Below are positions 50,211 through 59,445 of a stretch of 64,000 nt of DNA, piece after piece. How positions within the stretch are numbered: the first letter of the stretch is position 1; each line of letters starts with the position of its first letter. A program made the position numbers and the translations under genes. Where the stretch lies: positions 95,092 through 159,091 of the IMG/VR virus record IMGVR_UViG_3300027374_000478; one strand, given 5' to 3'. This stretch comes from a virus (lineage: Duplodnaviria; Caudoviricetes). The notes under the pieces were generated by a model. It did no database searches. It had not been told where the DNA came from and saw nothing but the letters and a program-made list of their open reading frames with translations.

Positions 50211-50425
50211 ACTAAGAGAAGAATTATACATAGTATATCAAAAGTTAAAATGAGGAAGACGAGATAGAGCAAAGATATAATGACTATGATGACATATTGG
50301 AAAGTTTTGACTGTTTGAATGAACAGATAGATAAATTGAAAGAACACATCAATAAGAATGCTGATGAAACTGACTTTACGGAAGGTACGATAAAGGTATT
50401 TAAAATGATTGAGAGGTAACACAAA

Positions 50426-50830
50426 ATGTTATGGTCATGGAATGAAACAGAAAATGAAACTTGGACGCATGGTACATTTGAAACAAAAGAAGAAGCAATA
50501 CAGGATGCTTTAGGTTGCAAAGAATGGATTGAGAGAAGTTTATCTACAGATAATCCAACAATTTATCTTGGTGAATGTGAACTTGTTCCTTTGAGAACTG
50601 ATCCTGATCCAGATAGGATTATGGAGGAGTTGAACGAGGCATATAGGGACGATTCTGGATGTGATACATATATTTATGATGGTGTAACAGATGAAGACAG
50701 AAAATGGTTAGAGGATAAGCTATCTGAATTGATGTTTGAATTTAATCAGAAGATTGGTTTGAATCCTGGATGGTTTAAAATTGTTGCTATGGAAGAAATT
50801 AATTTGAAAGATTATAAGGAAAAGCAATAG
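50426..50830 (+). CDS. hypothetical phage protein
   Basis: GTFETKEEAI motif; stop starts site 50828. Confidence 0.7.
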   Translation: MLWSWNETENETWTHGTFETKEEAIQDALGCKEWIERSLSTDNPTIYLGECELVPLRTDPDPDRIMEELNEAYRDDSGCDTYIYDGVTDEDRKWLEDKLSELMFEFNQKIGLNPGWFKIVAMEEINLKDYKEKQ

Positions 50831-50867
50831 AACCACGCTTTCAATGGAATATATGAGGTGAAAATAT

Positions 50868-51182
50868 ATGTTTAATCCATGTATAGAATACTGTTATAAC
50901 ATACTTGGAAAGCAATATTCATCTGATTGTGATGATAAGTGTGAGTATGCAAAAGCCGTGAAAGAACGCAATTTTTTAAATGAAGAGTTAAATACTCGAA
51001 AAATTACAACACTAGCAGAATTAGCCTCTCAGTTTTGTTGTTTAACTGAATGTGAAAATTGTCCTGTAATGATTCATGAATACGAAAGAAGAACAAAATT
51101 AGATAAAGAAATATTACATGAGCCGTGTTGTACTAACTTATATAAATGGATTATTGAACAAGGAAAACTAATTAATAAATAG
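50868..51182 (+). CDS. Cys-rich hypothetical protein (single-gene cassette)
   Basis: Flanked by sites 50828 and 51184. Confidence 0.7.
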   Translation: MFNPCIEYCYNILGKQYSSDCDDKCEYAKAVKERNFLNEELNTRKITTLAELASQFCCLTECENCPVMIHEYERRTKLDKEILHEPCCTNLYKWIIEQGKLINK

Positions 51183-51223
51183 TTGAATCAAGTCTTTTAA
51201 AGATAAGGAATGATAAATTTAAA

Positions 51224-51457
51224 ATGGATGAAAAACAAACAAATCTTATAATGTATAGATATATTAATGCTAGAAGTATGAAAGATCAAACATTAGCAAG
51301 AGAAATTTGTAAAAAAATTGGTATTGAATATGATATACCGATTTTAGAAAATGACGTAATTAGTATATTAGAAGATAATATTGCTGCTGTGAAAAAATAT
51401 TCGAGGTGTAGGTATTGTGAACAGATCGGAAATTATAAGAAGACAATACTCAGATAG
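51224..51457 (+). CDS. hypothetical protein
   Basis: 77-aa ORF. Confidence 0.5.
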   Translation: MDEKQTNLIMYRYINARSMKDQTLAREICKKIGIEYDIPILENDVISILEDNIAAVKKYSRCRYCEQIGNYKKTILR

Positions 51458-51599
51458 AGGTCAATCAGAATTTAGTCATAGATATGCTTGCTGGGCGAAT
51501 AATCATAACGGCTGGGCAAAGATGAAAAAGAAAAATAGAAGATTATTCAAAAAGAAATTCAGAGAAGAAACAAGAAAAGAAATAGACTTACAATTATAA
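51417..51599 (+). CDS. small basic hypothetical protein
   Basis: GAGGTG RBS, GTG start. Confidence 0.55.
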   Translation: MNRSEIIRRQYSDRGQSEFSHRYACWANNHNGWAKMKKKNRRLFKKKFREETRKEIDLQL

Positions 51600-51613
51600 G
51601 GAGGAGAAAAGGA

Positions 51614-52366
51614 ATAGAAATAAATAAAATTTATCAAAGTGATAATTTACAACTAATGCACTTATTAGGTGATAACAGTATAGATTTAATCTATTGTGAT
51701 ATTTTATATAATACTGGAAAAAAGTTTGATGATTTCAATGATAATCTTGGATCAAATGATGAGGCGATTCAATGGTATCATCCAAGGTTTTTAGAAATGA
51801 AACGAATTTTGAAAGAAACAGGATTGTTATATATACATTGTGATTGCAACTTATCACACTACATAAAAGTAGAATTGGACAACATTTTTGGAGAAAATAA
51901 TTTTAGGAATGAGATTATTTGGTGGTATAATTCAGCACCACGAAAAAAGAAAGACTTTGGTAAAAGGCATGATACAATCTTCAGATATAGCAAATCAGAC
52001 AATTACTATTTCAATGGAGATAGTAAATATATAAGACAAGAATATTCAAAAACAGCTCCTCGTGGATACGAAAAAGAAAAATATTATGATGATCGTGGCA
52101 AGATTATGGATGATGTATGGAAGATAAATATGCTTGGTCAAAATGATAAAACAGAGAGAATTGGATATTCAACGCAAAAACCAAAAGAACTATTGTATAA
52201 AATTATTGATTCAAGTTGTCCCATAGATGGGGTTGTTGCAGATTTCTTTTGTGGAAGTGGTACAACGTGTGTTGCAGCAAAAGAACTTGGAAGAAAATAT
52301 ATAGGATGTGACATAAATCAAAAAGCAATAGAAATTAGTATTAACAGATTGGATAAAATAATTTAG
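51614..52366 (+). CDS. N4/N6 DNA methyltransferase (ATA start; catalytic motif reads DILY)
   Basis: INKIYQSDNL, IDLIYCDILY, FRNEIIW, YSTQKP, DFFCGSGTT. Confidence 0.85.
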   Translation: MEINKIYQSDNLQLMHLLGDNSIDLIYCDILYNTGKKFDDFNDNLGSNDEAIQWYHPRFLEMKRILKETGLLYIHCDCNLSHYIKVELDNIFGENNFRNEIIWWYNSAPRKKKDFGKRHDTIFRYSKSDNYYFNGDSKYIRQEYSKTAPRGYEKEKYYDDRGKIMDDVWKINMLGQNDKTERIGYSTQKPKELLYKIIDSSCPIDGVVADFFCGSGTTCVAAKELGRKYIGCDINQKAIEISINRLDKII

Positions 52367-52396
52367 CATTTTTACAATAAAAAGTAGAAAATAAAA

Positions 52397-52786
52397 ATGA
52401 ATGGTAAAGAATATCAGGAATAGCAATGAGAACGAATGATGGGAACGCAACAAAAAAGATTGTTAAACCTAACACTATTAGGAAATGTAGAAAATAGGAT
52501 AGTAGAAAATACTGGAGCAGTACTAAACGCATGTCTAGATTTATCTGGAGGAGTTGGAGAGTTTAATGATATGATTAAGAAGTGGATTTTTCATGAGAAA
52601 GATTTAGATGAGACACATCTCAAAAAGGAAATGGGAGATATTATGTGATATATTGCTATGATGTGTCACGCTTTTAGATGGGATCTGGATGATATCCTAC
52701 AGATGAACGTTGATAAATTGAAAGCAAGGTATCCAGAAGGTTTTGATGTTGTTAAAGCTAGCAATAGAGAAAATGGGGATGTGTAA
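52397..52786 (+). pseudogene. MazG-like pyrophosphohydrolase with frameshift and internal TGA
   Basis: MNGKEYQE / AMRTNDG..GEFNDMIKK..KEMGDIM*YIA..NVDKLKARYPEGF. Confidence 0.8.
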
Positions 52787-52819
52787 TATAAATAAAATTA
52801 CTGCTTAAGAGGGAGAAAA

Positions 52820-52987
52820 GTGAGAGATATTAAAAACAAAACAATTAAAATTTTAGACGAGTTAAAGGAAAAGAATCCTGGGCAAAAAATTATTGTAGAA
52901 ACTCCTAATGGAACAGTATCATTGAAGATTTCTGATGCACTAATTTATGAGGGGATAAATGGAGAAATAGTAATAGACAGTGAATAA
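52820..52987 (+). CDS. small hypothetical protein
   Basis: GAGGGAG RBS, GTG start; stop starts site 52985. Confidence 0.55.
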   Translation: MRDIKNKTIKILDELKEKNPGQKIIVETPNGTVSLKISDALIYEGINGEIVIDSE

Positions 52988-53017
52988 ATTGTGTGTTTCA
53001 AAGGAAGGAGAATGTGA

Positions 53018-55018
53018 TTGGATAAAGTAAAGAGAATAAAAGAATTAACCCAACAGCTTAATCAGTACAGAGACTCATATTATAACAATTCTGTATCAGA
53101 AATTTCAGATCATGAATATGATGATTTATTTGATGAGTTAAAAAGACTGGAAGAAGAAACAAATATTGTAATGGCTAATTCACCAACATATACAGTTGGA
53201 TATGAAGTCAAGTCAAAACTTGAAAAGGTGAAACACTCGCATCTTATGCTTTCACTTGATAAAACAAAGTCAGTAGATGATTTAAAGAAATTTGCTGGCG
53301 ACAAAAATTGTATACTCATGTGCAAAATGGACGGATTAACTGTATTACTTACTTATGAGAATGGCGAGTTAATTCAGGCAGAGACTCGTGGAAATGGTGA
53401 AGAGGGAGAAATTATAACACACAATGCAAAGGTGTTTGAAAATATTCCATTACACATAGATTATACAGGACATTTGGAAGTTGAGGGTGAAGCCATTATT
53501 ACATATAGTGACTTTGAAAAGATTAACAGTAAACTTCCTGAGAACGAAAAATATAAGAATCCACGAAATCTTGTAAGTGGATCAGTTAGGCAATTAGATA
53601 GTGGAGTAGCAGCACAGAGACATATTAAATTTATTGTGTGGAAAGTTCCTTTTGTAGAAAAAGAAAAGTATTCAATAAATACAATGGTTGATAGATTTTC
53701 TTTAGTAGAAGCACTTGGTTTTGAAACGGTTCCACAGATTATTATAAAAAGTTGGGAAGAACATTATGAGGAATATATTAATTCATTGAAAGAGATTGCA
53801 AAAATGAAAGAATTTCCGATAGACGGACTGGTTATGACTTACAATGATATTACCTATGGAGAATCTCTAGGAACAACAGGACACCACCCAAAACATTCAT
53901 TAGCATTTAAATTCTATGATGATATTTATCCAACAAAATTAATAAGTGTAGAATTTACGATGGGTAAGACCGGAGTTTTAACACCAACAGCAGTTTTTGA
54001 ACCGATAGAAATTGATGGGACTGTGGTTGAGAGGGCATCATTACACAATTTATCTGTAATGAGAGAATTAGGAGTAGAATTCATTGGTCAAGAAATAAAT
54101 GTTTTTAAAGCAAATCAGATAATACCACAAGTTTATAGTGCAGAACCAATTTTGCCATTTAAAGACCCAGAAGATAAAGAGGAAATAGAAAGTATCATTA
54201 TTCCAGATAAATGTCCTATCTGTGGTGATAATACAGATATTCCAAAAGATAATGACACAGAAATTCTTATATGTACCAACCCAAATTGTAAAGGAAAATT
54301 GCTTGGAAAGTTATCACATTTTGTAAGTAAAAATGCAATTAATATAGATGGCTTATCTGAACAGACACTACAGAAATTTATTGATTTAGGATGGTTGAAC
54401 TCATTCAGAGATATTTATTATCTATCAGAGTATAAAGAAGAAATATATAAACTTGATGGCTTTGGTAAGAAATCTGTAGATAAACTGTTACAGGGCATTG
54501 AAAAAAGTAGAAATACTACATTGGATAGATTTATTTATGGATTATGTATTCCGTTGATTGGTAGGACAGCAAGTAAAACTATTGCCAAAGAATTCAATAA
54601 TCAAGCAGAAGAATTTTATGATATCTGGTGTCATGGTTATGACTTTACTAAATTAGATGATTTTGGTGATATAATGAATAACTCGATGCAAGATTTCGTC
54701 AGAGATAATTATAGATGGATTGCGGAGCTGATTGTAGAATTTAATTTTAGAGAGTCAGATAATAATGGTAATGTAAAACAAGTGTTAGGAGGTAAAACTT
54801 TTGTAATTACAGGGAGTTTAAAGTTTTATAAGAATCGTGAAGAATTAGTTGCCACAATTGAGAGAAACGGAGGAAAAGTATCTGGTTCTGTGTCAGTAAA
54901 AACATCATATTTGATAAACAATGATGTTACAAGTACATCTGGAAAGAATAAAAAGGCTCATGATTTAGGGATACCAATTATAAGCGAAGGTGAATTTGTT
55001 CAAATGATCACATCTTAA
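53018..55018 (+). CDS. ligA: NAD-dependent DNA ligase
   Basis: MLSLDK, KMDG, TRGNG..GE, NPRN, Zn finger, BRCT. Confidence 0.95.
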   Translation: MDKVKRIKELTQQLNQYRDSYYNNSVSEISDHEYDDLFDELKRLEEETNIVMANSPTYTVGYEVKSKLEKVKHSHLMLSLDKTKSVDDLKKFAGDKNCILMCKMDGLTVLLTYENGELIQAETRGNGEEGEIITHNAKVFENIPLHIDYTGHLEVEGEAIITYSDFEKINSKLPENEKYKNPRNLVSGSVRQLDSGVAAQRHIKFIVWKVPFVEKEKYSINTMVDRFSLVEALGFETVPQIIIKSWEEHYEEYINSLKEIAKMKEFPIDGLVMTYNDITYGESLGTTGHHPKHSLAFKFYDDIYPTKLISVEFTMGKTGVLTPTAVFEPIEIDGTVVERASLHNLSVMRELGVEFIGQEINVFKANQIIPQVYSAEPILPFKDPEDKEEIESIIIPDKCPICGDNTDIPKDNDTEILICTNPNCKGKLLGKLSHFVSKNAINIDGLSEQTLQKFIDLGWLNSFRDIYYLSEYKEEIYKLDGFGKKSVDKLLQGIEKSRNTTLDRFIYGLCIPLIGRTASKTIAKEFNNQAEEFYDIWCHGYDFTKLDDFGDIMNNSMQDFVRDNYRWIAELIVEFNFRESDNNGNVKQVLGGKTFVITGSLKFYKNREELVATIERNGGKVSGSVSVKTSYLINNDVTSTSGKNKKAHDLGIPIISEGEFVQMITS

Positions 55019-55083
55019 ATATAGAAGAAATAAATGTAACTCGTAAACACATCAAATAAAATTCAAATTTCAACGGAGGACAA

Positions 55084-55767
55084 ATGAATATAAAGACTAA
55101 AATTTTGCTATCAGTAGTGATAGTTTCTTTAAGTGCGCGTGTCGTCCCCTTAGAGGGACATAGTGAAAATTCAAAAACTGAATCTGTGGCAGTACAAGAA
55201 ACAGCAATATTCACAGGAATTAGTGCTGAAAATTTTGTAATAGAACAACCAGTATCAATAAATTTTGAAATTGATAATGCTATCGAAGAAATGAATTATG
55301 AAATGACTGAAATAGAAACCATCACAGATAAGAAAGAATGGTTCATTGCTTATAAAAATATTATTGAGGAATATTCGTACATAATTGATCCACCTGAAAC
55401 CATATATGATTATTTTTCGGAAGAAGAATTGGATTTGCTTTTTCATGTTGTACAAGCAGAGGTTGGAGATGAATATTCATTTGAATCTAAAGTCAATGTT
55501 GCAAATGTAATATTTAACAGATTTTATCATGAAAGATTTCCTAATACATTATCAGATATTTTAGTGTGTGATCAATTTTCACCTATTGCTGACGGTAGAT
55601 ATAGAGAAGTAGAAGTTACAGAAGATACTATTCTTGCGTGTGAATATGCTTTTATGCTGGAAGATACTACGGATGGATGTTTATTCTTCGATAGTAATAA
55701 TGCATTAAACTATCAATTTGTATTTGATGATGGAGCACACAACTTTTACAAATATAGGGAGGAGTAA
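55084..55767 (+). CDS. SleB/Hydrolase_2-family cell wall hydrolase
   Basis: Signal peptide; VQAE..VANVIFNR..FPNT..QFSP..H.FY. Confidence 0.8.
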   Translation: MNIKTKILLSVVIVSLSARVVPLEGHSENSKTESVAVQETAIFTGISAENFVIEQPVSINFEIDNAIEEMNYEMTEIETITDKKEWFIAYKNIIEEYSYIIDPPETIYDYFSEEELDLLFHVVQAEVGDEYSFESKVNVANVIFNRFYHERFPNTLSDILVCDQFSPIADGRYREVEVTEDTILACEYAFMLEDTTDGCLFFDSNNALNYQFVFDDGAHNFYKYREE

Positions 55768-55769
55768 AA

Positions 55770-56006
55770 TTGCAGAAAATTAAGATTAAACTAACAACAC
55801 CAGAGTTTATTGCAGAATTTATTAATACTTGTTCAAGGTATGATTGTGACATTAATTTATATGATGGAAGAAATATTATTGATGCAAAATCGCTAATTGG
55901 AGTATTCGCTATTGCACAAGGGAAACCATTGGAAGTACAAGCAATCAGTTCTGACGAAAGTGTTATTTCATCGTTTATCGAAGATATGAGAAAGTTTGAG
56001 GTGTAA
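55770..56006 (+). CDS. HPr-like protein 1
   Basis: IDAKSLIGV Ser46 motif; no His15. Confidence 0.8.
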   Translation: MQKIKIKLTTPEFIAEFINTCSRYDCDINLYDGRNIIDAKSLIGVFAIAQGKPLEVQAISSDESVISSFIEDMRKFEV

Positions 56007-56013
56007 AAGTAGA

Positions 56014-56835
56014 ATGATAAAAGCAGATGAATATATGATTGAAACTATTAAGCACATTTTGAATGATGGCTATAAAGATGTAAATCCAAGACCACATTAT
56101 GAGGATGGAACACCAGCACATACATTGTCAGTAAATGGTGTTGTTCATACATATGACATTAGCAAAAATGAGTTTCCAATTACTACATTAAGACCAATTT
56201 ATTTTAAAAAAGCAATTGGCGAAATCCTTTGGATATATCAGGACGAAAGCAATAATCTTAATTTATTAAGAGATAAATATGGAGTAGATTGGTGGGATTC
56301 TTGGGATATTGGTGATAGAACAATCGGTTCATGTTATGGAGAAACTGTCAGAAAACATAATCTCGTAAAACCTATTTTGGATGAAATAATCAATGATCCA
56401 TATGGGAGAAGGCATATTATCAATTTATGGCAGAAAGAAGATTTTAAAAATCCTCACGGATTAAAACCGTGTTGCTATCAAACACAGTTCTTAGTTCGTG
56501 GAGAATATATTGATATGATTATGTATCAGCGCAGTTCTGATTGGTTGACAGCAGGTAATATTAATCAGATGCAATATGTAGCATTAATGATGATGGTAGC
56601 AAGACATTGTGGGTATAAGTCTGGAGTATTCACGCATTTTATTGCTAACCAGCAAATTTATGATAGACATGTAGATAATGCATTAGAAATGTTAAAAAGA
56701 GAACCGATAGACTGCAACCCTGTATTAGAGTTGAATCCTGATAAAAAAGATTTTTACTCAATTACGGTTGATGATTTTGTTTTAAAAGGATATGAGTCGA
56801 ATAAGCCACAATTAAAATTTGAATTGGGAATTTAA
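56014..56835 (+). CDS. thyA: thymidylate synthase
   Basis: GRRHII, LKPCC, YQRSSD, QIYDRH. Confidence 0.93.
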   Translation: MIKADEYMIETIKHILNDGYKDVNPRPHYEDGTPAHTLSVNGVVHTYDISKNEFPITTLRPIYFKKAIGEILWIYQDESNNLNLLRDKYGVDWWDSWDIGDRTIGSCYGETVRKHNLVKPILDEIINDPYGRRHIINLWQKEDFKNPHGLKPCCYQTQFLVRGEYIDMIMYQRSSDWLTAGNINQMQYVALMMMVARHCGYKSGVFTHFIANQQIYDRHVDNALEMLKREPIDCNPVLELNPDKKDFYSITVDDFVLKGYESNKPQLKFELGI

Positions 56836-56852
56836 AAGGAGAAGATACATAT

Positions 56853-56948
56853 ATGATTATTGTTTTACTAGGGGCTTCCGGATCAGGGAAGTCAACAATT
56901 GAAAATGAACTGGCGAAACATCATGGCTTTGAAAAGATTATTTTATAG
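56853..56948 (+). pseudogene. Guanylate-kinase-like N-terminal fragment truncated at a boundary site
   Basis: MIIVLLGASGSGKSTIENELAKHHGFEKIIL*; site TGAAA-AGATTA-TTTTA at 56930 spans the break. Confidence 0.75.
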
Positions 56949-56965
56949 GAGGGAAGATTACACTT

Positions 56966-57496
56966 TTGGATAAACGTGTTTTTATAATCAATGGTTCTGG
57001 AGGTGTCGGGAAGGACACCTTTGTAGAGCTAGTATCAACAGAACTGAATAACAAACTCAAAAAATTTCATACGGTTGTTAATTTTTCATCTGTAGATAAG
57101 GTAAAAGAAATAGCGAAAAAAATTGGATGGAATGGAAAGAAAACTGAAAGAGACAGAAAATTTTTATCAGATTTAAAATTGTTAACAAGTGAATATTGTG
57201 ATATGTCTTTTAAGAGTGTAAAAAATAAGGTAAATGAATTTTTTGAAGACAAAGAAAGTAGATTCTTATTTTTGCATATCCGTGAACCAAAAGAGATCCA
57301 AAGGGCAGCAAAAGAGTTTAATGCAAAAACAATTTTAATAGTACGGGATGCGATAAAGCACATCACCTCTAATATGGCAGACGAGAATGTTTTTAATTAT
57401 GAATATGATTATATAATTGAAAACAATGGAACAAAAGAAGAGTTAAATAATAAAGCAAAAGATTTTGTGAAAGGAGAGACAGTTAATGAAGCGTAG
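56966..57496 (+). CDS. P-loop nucleotide kinase-like protein
   Basis: INGSGGVGKDTF, HIREP.E, YDYIIENNG. Confidence 0.75.
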   Translation: MDKRVFIINGSGGVGKDTFVELVSTELNNKLKKFHTVVNFSSVDKVKEIAKKIGWNGKKTERDRKFLSDLKLLTSEYCDMSFKSVKNKVNEFFEDKESRFLFLHIREPKEIQRAAKEFNAKTILIVRDAIKHITSNMADENVFNYEYDYIIENNGTKEELNNKAKDFVKGETVNEA

Positions 57497-57944
57497 TATA
57501 TATCTTGCTGGTGCAATGGGCTGCTATTTTAACACAGAACAACACGGTTATCCTAAAAAATGGAGAGACCATGTAAAAAGATATGTAAAGAGATTCTATA
57601 GTGATATCACAATCGTATCTCCTACAGATTATTATGAAATAGGTAAAAATTATCATAAAACTGAATCAGAGGTTATGCGATTTGATCTTAGGATGGTTAG
57701 AGAGGCAGATATTGTATTATGCAATCTAAGAGATCTACATGCTTCTATCGGAACTTCAGATGAAATTTTGTATGCGTTTATTAGCGGAAAACCTGTAATA
57801 GGATTCTTAGAAGATGAGTCAGCAGTAAAAAATATTCATCCATGGAAAGTTGAGCAAATCGATAGAATTGAAACTGGAGAAAAAGCACTGGAAAATGCAT
57901 TAAGTTACATTTATAGATACTATATAGATAGATACAATTATTAA
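57486..57944 (+). CDS. nucleoside 2-deoxyribosyltransferase-like protein
   Basis: IYLAG, DL..V..ADIV, SIGTSDE...A...GKPVI. Confidence 0.8.
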   Translation: MKRSIYLAGAMGCYFNTEQHGYPKKWRDHVKRYVKRFYSDITIVSPTDYYEIGKNYHKTESEVMRFDLRMVREADIVLCNLRDLHASIGTSDEILYAFISGKPVIGFLEDESAVKNIHPWKVEQIDRIETGEKALENALSYIYRYYIDRYNY

Positions 57945-57960
57945 GAAAGGCAAGTTATTA

Positions 57961-58791
57961 ATGAATTTTCAAAAAGAGAATATTATATCATGCAAAGAAT
58001 ATTGCTCAATAAAAAAGAAAGAATTAAAGTCAAAATTAGATAATGTAAAACAGATTCCAACATTAGCAGTAGTACAAATTGATGATAATAAGTCTTCAAA
58101 TGCTTACATAAATGGTAAAAAGAAAGATTGTGAAGAGGTTGGTATTAAGTTTGTTCATTTTAAATTAGAGTCTTCAAAATACACACAGGAAGACTTGTGT
58201 AATATTTTAATATCACTGAGTAATGATGAGTTAATGAATGGGATTATTGTTCAACTACCAATACCAGAAAAGTACAATGTTGAAGAGTTGTTAGCTAATA
58301 TAACTCCTGATAAAGATGTTGATGGATTTAGAAAAGACAGTTGTTTTGAATCTTGTACACCAAAAGGAATTATAGAGTGGCTGGAATATAATAAATATGA
58401 TTTTACTGGAAAACAAGTAACAGTATTAGGACGCAGTAAGATAGTGGGAAAGCCACTTGTAAATATGTTGATCGATAGAGGGAGTACGGTTATAAGCTGC
58501 AATAGTCACACGAAAAATATAGAAAAATATACACAGGATTCCGATTTGGTTATTTCAGCTGTGGGAAAAGCAAATCTATTCTGTTGTGAAATGCCAGAGA
58601 ATGGAATAGTAGTAGATGTTGGAATTAATCATGATATTGACGGAAAATTATGTGGTGATATTAATCGTAATTATGTAAATAATAATATAAAAAATACATA
58701 TGTGACACCTGTTCCCGGAGGGGTTGGTTTATTAACAAGAGTTGCATTATTAGATAATATTACAAAATCATGTGAAATGAGAAAGGATTAA
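57961..58791 (+). CDS. folD: methylenetetrahydrofolate dehydrogenase/cyclohydrolase
   Basis: GIIVQLP, KDVDG, CTP.G, GRSKIVGKP, DVGIN, TPVPGGVG. Confidence 0.93.
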   Translation: MNFQKENIISCKEYCSIKKKELKSKLDNVKQIPTLAVVQIDDNKSSNAYINGKKKDCEEVGIKFVHFKLESSKYTQEDLCNILISLSNDELMNGIIVQLPIPEKYNVEELLANITPDKDVDGFRKDSCFESCTPKGIIEWLEYNKYDFTGKQVTVLGRSKIVGKPLVNMLIDRGSTVISCNSHTKNIEKYTQDSDLVISAVGKANLFCCEMPENGIVVDVGINHDIDGKLCGDINRNYVNNNIKNTYVTPVPGGVGLLTRVALLDNITKSCEMRKD

Positions 58792-58792
58792 A

Positions 58793-59041
58793 ATGGGAAA
58801 TACAATTAAAGTAAAACTGGATAGTATAGAAAATGCACAGAAATTTGTAGAAATATGCAACCAATTTGAAAATATAGATATTGATTATATTGTTGGAAAA
58901 TATACTGTTGATGCTAAATCTATTATGGGCGTTTTATCCACATCATTAGGACGTGTAGCAAGTGTGAATTTTAATAAAGGAAATCAAAAATCAATTGATT
59001 TGTTTTGTGGTTTAATTAGCAATTGGATTATGGGGGAATAG
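58793..59041 (+). CDS. HPr-like protein 2
   Basis: VDAKSIMGVLS; no His15. Confidence 0.8.
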   Translation: MGNTIKVKLDSIENAQKFVEICNQFENIDIDYIVGKYTVDAKSIMGVLSTSLGRVASVNFNKGNQKSIDLFCGLISNWIMGE

Positions 59042-59045
59042 GAGT

Positions 59046-59288
59046 ATGAGAATAAAATTAAATACAGTAAGTGATGTAAATAGTTTTGTTAATGCCAGTA
59101 CAAAGTACTATGAAGGTGACATTGACGTAGAGCAAGGAAGGCAAATTATAGACGGTAAAAGTATTCTAGGGATATTTAGTTTGAATTTAATGAAACCACT
59201 AGAAGTCAATATAAACACTGATAATGTAAATACGGAACGTGATTTTTATAATTTTATCAAGAAATGGGAAGTGAATGATGTGGATTGA
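59046..59288 (+). CDS. HPr-like protein 3
   Basis: IDGKSILGIFSL; no His15. Confidence 0.8.
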   Translation: MRIKLNTVSDVNSFVNASTKYYEGDIDVEQGRQIIDGKSILGIFSLNLMKPLEVNINTDNVNTERDFYNFIKKWEVNDVD

Positions 59289-59445
59289 TATTGAACACCT
59301 GTTTTGCTGGCAAAGGAGAGATGATAAATGAAAATCAGTTTATTTGATGGATTTTTGAATTTGATCTTGATTGAAAGACAGTTGTAGGTATTGGAATTAT
59401 AAATTTTAGGACGTGCTTTATTTAATATGTGAGGAGGGATTATTT

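Larger units (their letters stand above)
1391..59306 (+). repeat. Dispersed family of about 35 co-oriented 16-bp boundary sites T(G/A)AAA-N6-TTT(C/T)A, usually followed by WDG(G); putative recombination sites
   Basis: Site starts read from the sequence: 1391, 1630, 2198, 5002, 5478, 5803, 6167, 7124, 9949, 13189, 14725/14740 (weak), 17331, 18405, 18467, 19654, 20677, 21081, 21356, 23420, 25509, 27077, 27690, 29003, 29763, 30211, 31549, 47875, 48992, 49960, 50828, 51184, 52793 (weak), 52985, 55057, 56930, 59291 (weak). Almost all lie between a stop codon and the next RBS. Confidence 0.85.

Noticed and set aside
2223-50235. AGAGAA..TATA motif (2223, 33641, ~50215) as a phage-specific promoter
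   Set aside because: Only three loose copies in AT-rich DNA; cannot be supported without a statistical test.
28826-52786. Stop-codon reassignment (in-frame TAG at 28919, TGA at 52646)
   Set aside because: Both codons end many normal genes here and long core genes are uninterrupted; isolated nonsense mutations explain them better.
1391-59306. Boundary motif as a CRISPR array or as intrinsic terminators
   Set aside because: Copies are separated by whole genes, the arms are only 5 AT-rich bp and often mismatched, there is no U-tract, and no cas genes are present.
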